In this document: one piece after another, positions 8,693 through 18,692 of the stretch
Numbering within the stretch: the stretch's first letter is position 1
Layout of the letters: the number at the start of each line of letters is the position of its first letter
Source of the DNA: Micromonas pusilla
Lineage: Eukaryota
Direction of reading: 5' to 3'
Assembly (NCBI GenBank): GCA_000151265.1
Contig: GG663750.1
Location: 341,915-373,914 of the forward strand
Length of the DNA: 32,000 nt
Notes under the pieces: generated by a model
The model's database searches: none
What the model was told of the DNA's origin: nothing
The model's input: the letters and a program-made list of their open reading frames with translations, nothing else
Made by a program: the position numbers and the translations under genes

Positions 8693-8926
8693 TCGGTTCG
8701 TTTTCATCGCACGACCCGTTCAATTAATCGCCTCGCGGCAATTTTTGCGCTCGATTTGTAGGCGTGTGGCACGTGTTGGTTTTTGGTTTTTTTTGGCAAT
8801 TTTGGGCAGGTTTATAATTTTTTAATTTACCTTTTTTTCCATCAAATCCTAAATAACGCGTTCTCCAAGAGAGCTAACCCGAAAACTAATCGGTTAGACT
8901 CGACTTGAAAGAGTGTAGATCACTCT

Positions 8927-9070
8927 GTTCCCTTAGCTCAGTTGGTTAGAGCGCGGTGCTAATATAGGTTATGGGCCTCGCGCCCTCAAAAGCTTAAAGC
9001 ACAAGGTCTGCTTCACAGCAGACTGTCCGCAGATACGCCGCGGTCATCGGTTCGAACCCGGTAGGGAACA
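8927..9070 (+). tRNA. trnI-AAU: tRNA-Ile (anticodon AAT) with a 70-nt intron at the canonical 37/38 position
   Basis: Acceptor stem GTTCCCT/AGGGAAC has 7 Watson-Crick pairs. D arm GCTC-AGTTGGTTA-GAGC. Anticodon stem CGGTG/CGCCG. Loop CT-AAT-A[intron 8965..9034]A. T arm ATCGG-TTCGAAC-CCGGT. Discriminator A. Exon sequence is close to animal tRNA-Ile-AAT as I remember it. Followed by T8. Confidence 0.9.
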
Positions 9071-9071
9071 C

Positions 9072-9079
9072 TTTTTTTT
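9072..9079 (+). terminator. RNA polymerase III T-run terminator of tRNA-Ile
   Basis: tttttttt begins 2 nt after the discriminator base. Confidence 0.7.
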
Positions 9080-9136
9080 GCCATTTTGAGCATGCAGTCA
9101 TCGTCCACATGATGTAGGGAGCCTCTCCACGAAGTT

Positions 9137-10067
9137 TCACGTCGATCGAAGCGGTTTTGACGCTACTGTGGTCTCATCATCGTCGATCGTGGTGCACGTT
9201 TTGGAAAAAGTTTTGGCAAAGGAGGACGCGTCCGTCGCGACGTTCGGGACGCGGACGATACACGCGGCACGGTCGGGTCGAATAGGGTCGGGTCGTACGT
9301 GTAGCACGGTCGGGTGGAATCGGGTCAGGGCGATGCGGGTCGCGAGGACGACGCGCACCGTGCACGGCTCTCGTCGCGTGCGATTTCGCCGCCCGACCCC
9401 GGCGCGCCGCTCGCGCGCGTCCCGAGGCTGTCGAAGTTTCGGCAAGCGCGCGCACGCGCCGCGCGCGCTGCGCGCGCGCTGCGGCGGCTTCGCCGCGGCG
9501 GCTCGCGGCTCCGCCGCCGCGGCTCCGCTGCCGCCGCCGCGCCTGCCGCGGCTCCGCTGCGGCTTCGCCGCCGCAGCGCCTGCCGCGGCTCCGCTGCGGC
9601 TTCGCCGCCGCAGCGCCTGCCGCGGCTCCGCTGCGGCTTCGCCGCCGCAGCGCCTGCCGCGGCTTCGCCGCGGCCGCGGCGCTGCCACGCCGCCGCGGCG
9701 CTGCCACGCCGTTGCGGCTTCGCCGCCGCAGCGCCTGCCGCGGCTTCGCCGCCGCCGCGCCTGCCGCGGCTCCGCTGCGGCTCCGCCGCTGCCGCGCCGC
9801 GGCCGTGCGACCGCGTCGCCGGTCGAGGTTATGAATACCTTCGAGAACGACGCGTCCTCGGCGCGCGGGATATCCCCGACGGGACCTGCAAAAAAGAGGC
9901 TGGAGCGTTCGCGGCGGCGAGACGGGGACGGCGGAGCCGCGCGCGAGCACGTGCGCGTCGAAGACATCGCGCGCGTCCGCGGCGAATCGTTCCAAGCGCG
10001 AGCCCGCGTCGAGATCTGCGGAAGTCGATCCGTCCCCCGCGATCTCGTCGACGTCCCCGCTGTTCAT
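9137..10067 (-). pseudogene. copied 5' module of the ankyrin-like gene fused to a GC-rich minisatellite; decayed paralog or lineage-specific gene
   Basis: ATG 10067 (MNSGDVDEIAGDGSTSADL...RDVFDAH) parallels MNRGGVDDIAGDGSTSADL...RDVFNAN of 4216..5283. Homology stops after about 40 codons. Downstream, all three frames are open through the 36-bp repeats and give Arg/Ala-rich low-complexity sequence, with no ankyrin-like units. Confidence 0.25.
9481..9800. repeat. 36-bp GC-rich minisatellite (unit GCGCCTGCCGCGGCTCCGCTGCGGCTTCGCCGCCGCA)
   Basis: Three perfect units at 9539..9574, 9575..9610 and 9611..9646, flanked by degenerate and truncated units. Confidence 0.85.
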
Positions 10068-10192
10068 CCGCGGTGGAGGCGACGTCGCGTCGCGACGATC
10101 TCGGGGTGCGCGAGCACTTCGCGACGAGGCCGCGGAAGCGGAGGAGGGAGAGGAGGAAGAGGACGCGCCCGTCGTCGCGCGCGAGGCGAGTG
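9960..10192 (-). repeat. dispersed repeat copy 2 (see 5167..5397)
   Basis: Same orientation as copy 1. Covers the putative 5' UTR and first codons. Confidence 0.85.
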
Positions 10193-10387
10193 ACGAGACG
10201 GGACGACGCGAAGCGGGCGTTTCTGTTCGTGCTCGAGCGGACGAGCTCCGGGACGGACACGCCCGCCGCGCGCCTTTTCTGGAGCCAGTCTACCAGCAGA
10301 CCAGTCACGCGCAGCAGCAGCAGCAGCGGTCAAAAACGCGGCGCGCGCGCTCGTCGACCCCACCCCCGCCCCTCTTCCACGCAGACC

Positions 10388-11924
10388 ATGCCTCCTAAGA
10401 AGGTCGTCGAAGAGGAGACGCTCGGCCCGTGGGCGCTCGGGCGCTTCTCCAGCAACCTCAAGGTCCGTGTCGTCGTATCCGAGCCGCCGCTCGATCGATC
10501 GTCCCGCGATCGAAGAAAGAAACAAACGCCGTTCGATCGTCGATCTCGTCGATCTCGTCGCTGACCCCCCCTCCTCCTCCAATCCTCCAATCCTCCTCCA
10601 CCCACACAGGTCGGCCTCGTCGGGATGCCGAACGTCGGCAAATCCACGCTGTACAACGCGCTCTCCAACTGCAGCATCCCCGCGGAAAACTTCCCCTTCT
10701 GCACGATCGACCCGAACTCGACGCGCGTCCATGTCCCAGACGAGCGGTTCGACTGGCTCGTGGATCACCACAAGCCCAAGTCCGTGGTGCAGCCGTTTCT
10801 GGAGATCGTCGACATCGCCGGTCTCGTCAAGGGCGCGAGCACGGGCGCGGGCCTCGGGAACGCGTTCCTGAGCCACATCAAGGCTGTGGACGGCATCCTC
10901 CACGTGATGCGCGCGTTCGACGACCCGGACGTGATCCACGTGGAGGACCGCGTCGACCCCGTGGGCGACATCGACATCATCACGTCCGAACTTCGCATCA
11001 AAGACCTCGAGTTCATGAACGCGCACTTAACGAAGATGAAGAAGGACGGTCAGCGCGCGGCGCAGAACCCGCAGATGGCGAAAGCGCACAAGACGGAGCT
11101 GGAGTGCGTCGAGAAGGTGATCGCGTGGCTCGAGGTGCGTTCTATCTCACACTGGTCCCCATACGACCCCGTTCGCGTGGTGAACGCCGTTTCATAAGGA
11201 CTTTTCCCGGCGTGTCTCTCCGCCCACACCTCGCTTTCAATCCCCGACCTCGACGCCTTTCAACTCCGACTGACGCCTTTCAACTCCACCCCGACGTTCG
11301 CTCGTATGGAACTCGCCTCAGGACGGGAAGGAGATTCGCAACGGGATGGAGCAGTGGAGCACGACGGACGTGGACTTTTTGAACACGTACCAGCTGTTGA
11401 CGTCCAAGCCGGTCATCTACCTCGTGAACCTCACGGAGAAGGACTACGCGCGGAAGAAGAACAAGTGGCTCGCGAAGATCCACGCGTGGGTCATGGAGCA
11501 CGGCGGCGGGACGATCATACCGTTCAGCGGCGCGTTCGAGTGCGAGCTTCAGGACGTCCCCGAGGACGAGAAGGCGCAGTTCCAGAAGGACAAGGAGATG
11601 ACGACGATCCTGCCGAAGATCATCAAGACCGCGTTCAGCACGATCCACCTGATTTACTTCTTCACCGCGGGCCCGGACGAGGTGAAGGCGTGGTGCATCC
11701 GGAAGGGGTTTAAGGCGCCGCAGGCGGCGGGGGCCATTCACACGGATTTCGAACGCGGGTTCATCTGCGCGGAGGTGATGGCGTTCGAGACGCTGAAAGA
11801 GCTCGGGAGCGAGCAGGAGGTCAAGGCGAAGGGGAAGTACAAGCAGGAGGGGAAGACGTACTTGGTGAACGACGGCGACGTCATCTTCTTCAAGTTCAAC
11901 GTCACCGCGAAAGGGAAGAAGTAA
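10388..11924 (+). CDS. OLA1: Obg-like ATPase 1 (YchF/OLA1 family), 3 exons
   Basis: join(10388..10462, 10610..11134, 11322..11924), all phase 0. Motifs: [56 protein letters not shown], and the C-terminal TGS-like [11 protein letters not shown]...[14 protein letters not shown]. Intron 1 (10463..10609, GTCCGT...CACAG) is an ordinary intron. Intron 2 is IE-2. Confidence 0.93.
11135..11321 (+). mobile_element. introner element IE-2 (intron 2 of OLA1)
   Basis: 187 nt. CTCGAG|GTGCGTTCTATCTCACACTGGTCCCCATACGACC ... GTATGGAACTCGCCTCAG|GACGGG. Phase 0. Joins ...KVIAWLE|[12 protein letters not shown]. Carries the GTTTCATAAGGAC variant. Confidence 0.92.
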
Positions 11925-12134
11925 AATAAAATGAATAATGGGATCGACTCTGGAGAAGGTATTTTTACTGTATGACGACGCTGCGCCCGACGAGCGACGG
12001 ACGACGACGCGAAGAAGAAGCGAGTGAAGAAGTTATCATCGAATATCATCCATCATCCACGTCATCACGAGACGTAGTACGTCTTCTGTCTCATCATCAC
12101 GCCATCGCGCCATCGCGCCGCCTCCATCACATGA

Positions 12135-13456
12135 TCACACGACGGCGTATAAGATCACCCCCTCCGTCGCCACGTCCACGAGCTTCGTGGAGCCGTGCGC
12201 CGCCAGCTCGGACAACCCCCGTCCCCAGTCCACGTCGTCCGCGCTCGCGCCCTTCACGATGAACACCTTCTTCTCCGGGACGTCGCACTGCGTCGCGACG
12301 ATCTTCCGCGCGAGCGTCACCGTGGCGGTCGCGGGGACGCGCGCGAACGGCGTCTCGAGCGGCCGCACGGACTCCGCGGTGTTGGCGCGGCGGAGCTCGA
12401 ACGCGATGGCGTCCGGGTCCGACGGCGTCGGCGCGTCGCTCGCCGGCCACGCGCGCGTCTCGAACCTGTGGTTGTCGTCCAGGACGCGGACTTCGTATAA
12501 CCCCGCGAAGTCGTCGGGCATCTCCACGACCGCGCCGGGTTTGAGCGCGGCGGTCGGTTTGGCGCGCGCGACGGGCGGCGGCGTCGCCGCCGCCGCCGCC
12601 GCCGCGGCTTTCGACGCGGCTGCTTTCGACGCCGCAGTCTTGGACGCCGCCGCCGCCGCAGCCGCCGCCGGAACCGCGGACTTTGGTCGGCCCGGCCCGG
12701 GTTTCTTCTCCGCGGACGCCTTCTCCTTCTTCGACGCGGACTTCGGCGCCGCCTTGGGCGTCTTCGCCGCGGCCACGGCGGCGACGGGCTCGCCCCACTC
12801 GTCGTCCGCGTCCTCCGCCGCGACGACCTCCTCCGCCGCCGCCGCCGGCGGCCGCGCCGCCGCCGCCTCCGCCGCGGCCGCGACCGCCTTCCTCGCCGCC
12901 TCCTCCTGCTCCCTGATGTACTGCTCCCTGACCGCGGCGGCCTGCTCCTTCCGTCGTCGCTTCGCCTCGCGCTCCTTCTCCTTCTCCTCCCTGTCCTTAT
13001 CCTTTCTCCACTCCGCGACGCCGGTTGAAAACGCATTCTCCTTGAGGTCGTAATCCCCGGCGTGCTCGTACGCCGCGGCGACGATCGCGTCGAAGTCTGG
13101 GTCTTCGCGCAGGACGCGCCGGGACGCCACGGGGACGCGGCACGTCGGGCAGTGGTTGTTGCTGGCGCGGAGTACGGGACGGAGGGACGGGGACGTCAGG
13201 GACGGGACGGATCGCGGCGGCGGGGCGGGCGCGAGAGGACGAAGACGCGCGCGCGGGCGAATTGATTATTCGATCGATCGAACGATCGACGGTCGACGCG
13301 AGCGGGGACGCACAGTTTACGGATGTGCTCCTCGATGCACGCGCCGCAGAACCGGTGCAGGCACGGCGACACGACTTTGACTTTCTTCAGCGTCCCCCAG
13401 CACACCGCGCATCGCGTGTCCGGGCGGACGTCCCCGAGCTTCAGCGTCGACGACAT
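12135..13456 (-). CDS. RING1: RING1-type (PRC1-like) RING-finger E3 ligase with a ubiquitin-like C-terminal region, 2 exons
   Basis: join(13456..13314, 13161..12135), phase 2. CAVCWGTLKKVKVVSPCLHRFCGACIEEHIRK-L-NNHCPTCRVPVASRRVLREDPDFDAIV matches the RING1A/B pattern C.IC...CLHRFC..CI....ECPTCR....R.LR.DPNFDALI. The 152-nt intron (13162..13313, CT|GTGCGTCCCC...CGCGCCAG|C) is not an IE. Confidence 0.82.
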
Positions 13457-13821
13457 CGATCGAATGTAATTAATCGTCGAGATCGCGGTGAGTAATTCTC
13501 CGTCGACGACGACCGGACGACGCGCGGGTGCCCGGCGCGGTTCGCTCGCGCGATCGAGCGATCGCGCGCGGACGACGCGGGCGCGAGGACGGCGCGGCGC
13601 GAGCGACCGCGGGCGTGGACGCGCGGGGGCGTGGACGCGGCGCGCGGGGCGTCGATCTGTGACGAGCCCTCGGCGCGGGCGGCGGACGGACTTCGAGCGA
13701 GCAGCGCCGCATTTGCATTTTCTCTTCAGCAGCGGCAGCGCTCGCTGGAGGGAGTTTTTCTCGCGCCGGGGGCGAACGCGGACGCGCGGGGAATGGGTAT
13801 TAGGAAACGTTGCGCTCGAGA

Positions 13822-13864
13822 GTTCGTTCGTTCGTACGTACGTTCGTTCGTTCGTTCGTTCGTT
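13822..13864. repeat. (CGTT)n microsatellite adjacent to TGTAA (minus strand 13867..13863)
   Basis: gttcgttcgttcgtacgtacgttcgttcgttcgttcgttcgtt, about 33 nt downstream of the minus-strand stop at 13900. Confidence 0.85.
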
Positions 13865-13899
13865 ACAATCGCGCATCGTCGTGTTCGTGCTGTCGTGGT

Positions 13900-15357
13900 T
13901 CAGTTCGATACTTCTCTCTCCATCGCTTCTCTCTCCATCGCCGCCTCCTCGCGGAGCCGCGCGAAATACCCCGGAGGCATGATTCCGTTCACGGCGCGCG
14001 AGCACGTCTCTCTGTGCGGCGGGTGCGGTTCGGTTCCGCGGGCCCCGTCCTTCTGCTGGCAGCGTATGTCGCAGTACCGCACGCCGCGGCACAGCTTGCA
14101 TCCCAATCGCGCGTCGCGCTTGCCACAGGTGACGCACGCTCGAAGCTTCACGAGCTCCTCGGCGACGGCGGCGTTGTCTGGGTAGTAAATTTCGGCAAGT
14201 TTGAACGCCTCCTTTGCCATCCGAAGGTTCTTCTCGAGTCCGCATCTCCCGTGAAGGAAGCAGAGCGCGAGATGATGGACGCGATCTCCAGCCTTGTGGT
14301 CACGAAGCGGCCCGCCAACGAAGAGCTCCACGGCGGCGTCGCTGATGTTCGCACTGGTGTCTTGCACGATACCAAGGAGCGTTTCCCTTTTTGCAGTCCA
14401 CAAATCACCGAGACGGTCCACGTAGTGACTCACGTAGTCACTGCCGCCGCCACTAAACTTCGAGCGCTCGAGAAGCATCTTCTCGTATGCTACGTAATCG
14501 TTTTGAGCGATGGGCTGCGGGGCAGCTTCGGTGTGTGTGAGCTTCAACATAGTCTCCGATTTTTGGCATCCATGCTCGACTGCCTGCTCCCACCACTCCC
14601 GCGCCTTCGCTATGTTTCGCTCGACGCCGCGGCCTTCGTCGTAGAGCAGGCCGATATTGCACATCGAAGATTCGTCGCCCTGCGCCGCGGCTCTCTCGTA
14701 CCACTTCAACGCGTCTGCGTACCGTTCCCTTTCAAGCTCGAGATAGACCCCGTAGTTGTGTTGAGCGCAAAGATTCCCCTTCAACGCCCCTTTCAAGTAC
14801 CACGCCGCAGCCGTAGACTTGTTTCGCTCCACGCCGTGGCCGCTGTCGTAGAGAATCCCGAGGTTGTTCATGGCATCATCGTCGCCCTGCGCCGCGGCTT
14901 TCTCATACCACTCTCTCGCGGCTGTATACTGCTTCATATTACAGTCGAGAAAGATTCCGTAGTTGCATTGAGCTTCTTGATCCCCCGTCAACGCCGCTTT
15001 CAAGAACCACGCCGCAGCCGTAGACGTGTTTTTCTCGACGCCCTTGCCGTTCTCGTAGAGCCGCCCGAGCTGTATCATGGCGTCGGCGGAACCCTGCGCC
15101 GCGGCCTTCTCCCACCACTTGCGCGCGGCTTCGTACTCGCTTAGTCTGTAGAACACAGAGCCGAGATCTCTCTGCGCGTCAACGTGCCCGTGCTCCGCGG
15201 CCTTCAAGAGCCACTGACTACAGAGCTCCTTGTTTTCCTCCACGCCGCCGGTCCCGTCGCGGTAGTGCCCGGCGATCGCCTGCGCCGCATCCCCGCACCC
15301 GCCGTTCGCCTTCTTCGCGAGATCGCGGAGCTTCCGCGGCAGCTTGATCTTCGGCAT
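13900..15357 (-). CDS. Sel1-like (TPR-type) repeat protein with C-terminal MYND zinc finger, paralog A
   Basis: ORF 13900..15594. ATG 15357 (MPKIKLPRKLRDLAKKANGG) matches the paralog B start. Repeated ...A.KWWEKAAAQGD..AM..LG.LYE.G.GVEKN...A..W..KAA units. C-terminus CVTCGKRDARLGCKLCRGVRYCDIRCQQKD......HRETC (MYND). GC is visibly lower than in neighbours: my hand count of 14182..14241 gives 29 G+C of 60. Confidence 0.85.
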   Translation of the reverse strand: MPKIKLPRKLRDLAKKANGGCGDAAQAIAGHYRDGTGGVEENKELCSQWLLKAAEHGHVDAQRDLGSVFYRLSEYEAARKWWEKAAAQGSADAMIQLGRLYENGKGVEKNTSTAAAWFLKAALTGDQEAQCNYGIFLDCNMKQYTAAREWYEKAAAQGDDDAMNNLGILYDSGHGVERNKSTAAAWYLKGALKGNLCAQHNYGVYLELERERYADALKWYERAAAQGDESSMCNIGLLYDEGRGVERNIAKAREWWEQAVEHGCQKSETMLKLTHTEAAPQPIAQNDYVAYEKMLLERSKFSGGGSDYVSHYVDRLGDLWTAKRETLLGIVQDTSANISDAAVELFVGGPLRDHKAGDRVHHLALCFLHGRCGLEKNLRMAKEAFKLAEIYYPDNAAVAEELVKLRACVTCGKRDARLGCKLCRGVRYCDIRCQQKDGARGTEPHPPHRETCSRAVNGIMPPGYFARLREEAAMEREAMEREVSN

Positions 15358-15660
15358 CGCGACGTTCGCGCGACGTGCGGCGGCGCGGGAGGAAGTGGCG
15401 GCCGGCGCAGTCGTGGCTTTCAAAAAAAGGCGGGAAGGGAAAGCCCGCGTAGCGAGGCAGCCTCTGTTCGTCGACCTCCGCGAGAAGAACGCGCGAAGAG
15501 AGAGCTCTGCTCTGGGGGCGGACGGCGACGCGCAGAGGGAATCTATCGACGACGCGATGACGGAGACGACGACGACGACGAACGCGCACGTCAAAACCTA
15601 GGATGATGCGACGACGACCACCACCACCACCTCCGCCGACGACCTTCCCTTCCCTCGCGC

Positions 15661-16880
15661 TCACGCGGCGGCGTCCGCTGCGGCGATATTTTTCGCACTC
15701 CGCCTCCGCGGCAACAACGGCTCCAACGCGCCGTCCTCCCCCGGGTTGATCCTCCATATCGTGTACACGAGCACGGTCGCGATCGTGATCCACACCGCGC
15801 TCGGCGCGATCAGGTACCCCGCCTTGGCGCTCACACTGAAGTACTGAAACACGAGGTTGTACACGGAGAGCAAAACGCACCCGACGCCGAGCACGGCGGT
15901 GCCGAGCCGCTTCTCCACGTTGTTGATGTTGTTCCACGTGTCGCCCACGGATAGGTGGAGAAACATCGCGAAGATCGCGGGGTGGTTCAGCGTCCCGCCG
16001 AGCGCGTTGAAGACGACGACGCTAGACGCGGCGCGGAGGACCGCGATGGAGGTCCAGATGATCGGGAACGCGATCCCCGGCGGCATCCACGACGGACGCT
16101 TTCGCTGTTGAGTCGAAAGGCGGAGTCGAAAGGCGCGTCAGACGGAGTTGAAAGGCATCGAGGGTGGGGATTGAAAGCGAGGGGTGGGGATTGAAAGCGA
16201 GGGGTGGGCGGAGAGACACGCAAGGCAAAGTCCTTAAGGATCGGCGTGCACAACGCGAACGCGGTCGTATGGGGACCAGTGCGACGCGCCTCCACCTTCG
16301 CCGCTCTCTCGTCGGCGAGCTTCGGGCGCGACGCGTTCAGCGGCGAGAACGTCCGCGACTTGAGCGCGTTGAACGCGAACCACACGAACACGATGACGTT
16401 CTGATACTTCATCGGTAGGCCGCTGTTGTTCAGGCCGCCGTTGAGCCAGAGCGTGAACCACACGAGAAGGGCGCACTGCGCGGCGGTGGCGGCGAAATAG
16501 CGTCCGAGGGCGGTCCAGTCGATCGCGGCGTCGTCGTCCGCGAGGGAGGACGTCGGCGCGTCGGAGGACGCCGCGGCGTCCGCGCGCGCGACGACGACGA
16601 CGCGAGCGGGCGTCGTCTTCGTCGTCGTCGTTTTCGTCGTCGTCATCGTCTTCGACGTCGTCGCGGAGAGGCGCGCGGACGCGACGCCCGCGCGGTGTTC
16701 CGGGGCGAGGCGGAGCGACCATCTCGTCGACGACGACGACGGCGACGGCGCGACGGCCGCCGCGCGCGGCGCGACCGGGAGGCGCGCGCGCGCGCGCGCG
16801 ACGCCGCGACGCGCGGCGCCGAGCGCGATGGCGGACGTCGTCGGCGAGGACGACGACGCCGTCATCGCGGAGAGGTCCAT
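15661..16880 (-). CDS. TSPO: TspO/MBR-family (translocator protein-like) membrane protein with a long N-terminal extension, 2 exons
   Basis: join(16880..16290, 16104..15661), phase 0. Exon 2 reads RKRPSWMPPGIAFPIIWTSIAVL...GDTWNNINNVEKRLGTA...LIAPSAVWITIATVLVYTIWRINP, which fits the TspO pattern KPsW.PP..FgpvW..LY ... N..W...FF ... PY..W..fA..Ln. ATG 16880 (MDLSAMTASSS...) is the first ATG. Confidence 0.78.
16105..16289 (-). mobile_element. introner element IE-3 (TspO intron), rearranged copy
   Basis: 185 nt if the donor is GTGGAG|GCGCGTCGCACTGGTCCCCATACGACC (GC). It is 191 nt if the in-frame GT 6 nt upstream (AAG|GTGGAG) is used. Acceptor CGACTCAACAG|CGAAAG. Internal duplication of CACCCCTCGCTTTCAATCC. 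The canonical GTATGGAACGACCCTCAG tail is missing. Confidence 0.85.
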
Positions 16881-17326
16881 CGCGACGGCGCAGCGGCGGA
16901 CGCGAGGTCCGAGAGTGACGTGTCGCCGTCTACCCGTCTCGCGCTCGCGCTCGCGCTCGACGGGCGCGCGCGCTCGATCGATCGGCGGGAATCGCGCGAT
17001 CAAATTTTCGTGCCGTGGCTGACTAGACTTTGTCCGTTTTCGCGCCTTGAATTCCCGGCGCGCGTCTCAGAAACACGCGCGCGACGGTCACGTCCGCACG
17101 TCTCAAAGGTGCGAACACGCTCGTCGCGAAGCACGTCGCTCCATCTCGCCAGCGCGCGCGCGCGCGCGTCCGCGCGCGCGGCGCGCGCGAGCCCATGAGA
17201 CCGTTCGAAATTTGGATTTTCCTTCCGACCCCCAATCCGCCAATTCATCTGACATTCATGTCCGCCACTCCTCCTCGTCTCTCTCTCTCCGCGATACGCA
17301 GTCTTCTCGCCCCCACCTCTCTCGAG

Positions 17327-18389
17327 ATGGTGAAGCTCAGCAAGATGAACAAGTCGCAGAAGGTGCTCCTCGCGTACGCCGCGCTCTACGCCGTGTACAG
17401 CCTCTTCTGGCTCGGCGAGATGGTCGGCCTTCAAGACGCGGGCTTGAAATTCTTTGGCAAGCGAGCTGGAAAGATTCAAGTCTCCGCCGCGACCTGGGGC
17501 GGCGTCGGCGGCCTCACGCTCGCCCTCGACCACGTCTTCGCCGCGCTCAAGTGCAGCAAGGACGTCGCGCAGAGGACAGTCCTCGTCACGCTCCTCGGCT
17601 GCTTCTTCCGCCTCGGCGCGTTCGCGAGCCAGGCGCGTTCTCCTCACACTGGTCCCCGTACGACGGCGTTGGCGTGGTGAACGCCGATCCTTAAGGACTT
17701 TTGCCGTCGTCTCTCTCCGCCCACCCCTCGCGTTCAATCCCCGCCCTCGACGCCTTTCAACTCCGCTTCTGACGCCTTTGAACTCCACACAGGGGTCGCA
17801 AAAATGGGGCGGCGCGCTCGTCCACTCTGAATTCGTCGCCGGCGGCGTCATCACGATCGGGATGATCCTCGCCGCGATGGAGTGCCTCCGCGGCGGCCTC
17901 ACGTCCGGGAAGCACCCGATCTTCGGCTGCAAGGGTCTGACCCACGGCAACCTGATTCTTCTGTGGGCGATGATGTTCTTTTACGTCGTCTCTTTCATCT
18001 TCACCGATTTCATCGGCGACAACTACGTCTGCGGCAAGACGAGCTGCAGGATTTCGGAGCCGCGCGCGTACGACCAGATGGCGTGGACGATCTCCATGTG
18101 GGTCTCCGTCATGGTCCAGATCCCGATGATGCTCTCCGTCGCCACGAAGGCGGAGCAGCAGAAGTTTGCGCTGCAGAGGCTCCTCTCCATCGTGTTTTCC
18201 ATCTATGTGATGCACTCGGAGAAGGACATCTCCGTTCCGTCCAAGTACCTCGAGAACCTCGTCGCCATGGGCGTGATGTTCGTGCTCTGCCTCACCGCCG
18301 GGCTCGGCGACAAGATCATGAAGCCGAAGAAGGCTAAGCGCGCGGCGGCGGCGAACAACACCGCGGTCGGACGCCGCAAGCGCCAGTAA
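17327..18389 (+). CDS. hypothetical multi-pass membrane protein, 2 exons
   Basis: join(17327..17632, 17793..18389), phase 0. The start is uncertain: in-frame ATGs at 17195 and 17258 lie in a CT-rich leader. Several hydrophobic segments (LLAYAALYAVYSLFWL, GGVITIGMILAAM, LILLWAMMFFYVVSFIF, ISMWVSVMVQIPMML, LVAMGVMFVLCLTAGL). No family recognised. Confidence 0.7.
17633..17792 (+). mobile_element. introner element IE-4
   Basis: 160 nt. GAGCCAG|GCGCGTTCTCCTCACACTGGTCCCCGTACGACGG ... GCCTTTGAACTCCACACAG|GGGTCG. GC donor, phase 0, shortened 3' tail. Confidence 0.88.
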
Positions 18390-18692
18390 ACGGTTTTGGT
18401 TTCCAACCGACGAAAAACAAATTTAAAAAAAAAAAACACGCGGCGGGGGCGACTGCGCGCCCGCGCGCGTCGCCAGTCACGCGTGACCGCTCACTGCTTG
18501 CGACTATAATAACACATAATATCGCGCGCGCGCGCCGCTGAGTACCACCAAAAACAGCGGCGCCGCGGCTTCGGGGAAAAACTACCGTTGTAATATTTAT
18601 AACGAAGAAGTGAAACGAACGACACGCGACGACGTCTGACACTTCTCTTCTTCATCAAATCGCCGCCACACCGCGCCTCGAATCCATCATTC

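Noticed and set aside
8673-8752. A possible snRNA: ATCGG...CTCTCGGC (vaguely like the U2 5' end) followed by Sm-like AATTTTTG at about 8741..8752 and AATTTTGG at about 8799
   Set aside because: It lacks the U2 branch-site-recognition GUAGUA region and the other conserved snRNA blocks. The 20-mer recurs upstream of HPAT, where no such context exists.
4219-9800. Regular tandem arrays (81-bp at 4219..4998, 36-bp at 9481..9800) that could be mistaken for CRISPR
   Set aside because: There are no unique spacers between repeats. The 81-bp array is in-frame coding sequence for ankyrin-like repeats and the 36-bp array is a plain minisatellite. The context is eukaryotic.
16783-17195. Alternating (CG)n runs (16783..16800, about 17150..17195) with Z-DNA potential
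   Set aside because: The first run is simply coding sequence for an (Ala-Arg)n stretch in TspO exon 1. The second lies in the divergent promoter but is not distinctive in this composition. There is no basis for a functional claim.
18534-18561. Hairpin GCCGCTG-(14 nt)-CAGCGGC between the convergent membrane-protein and NAXD genes
   Set aside because: A 7-bp stem in GC-rich DNA is expected by chance, and eukaryotic 3' ends do not need such terminators.
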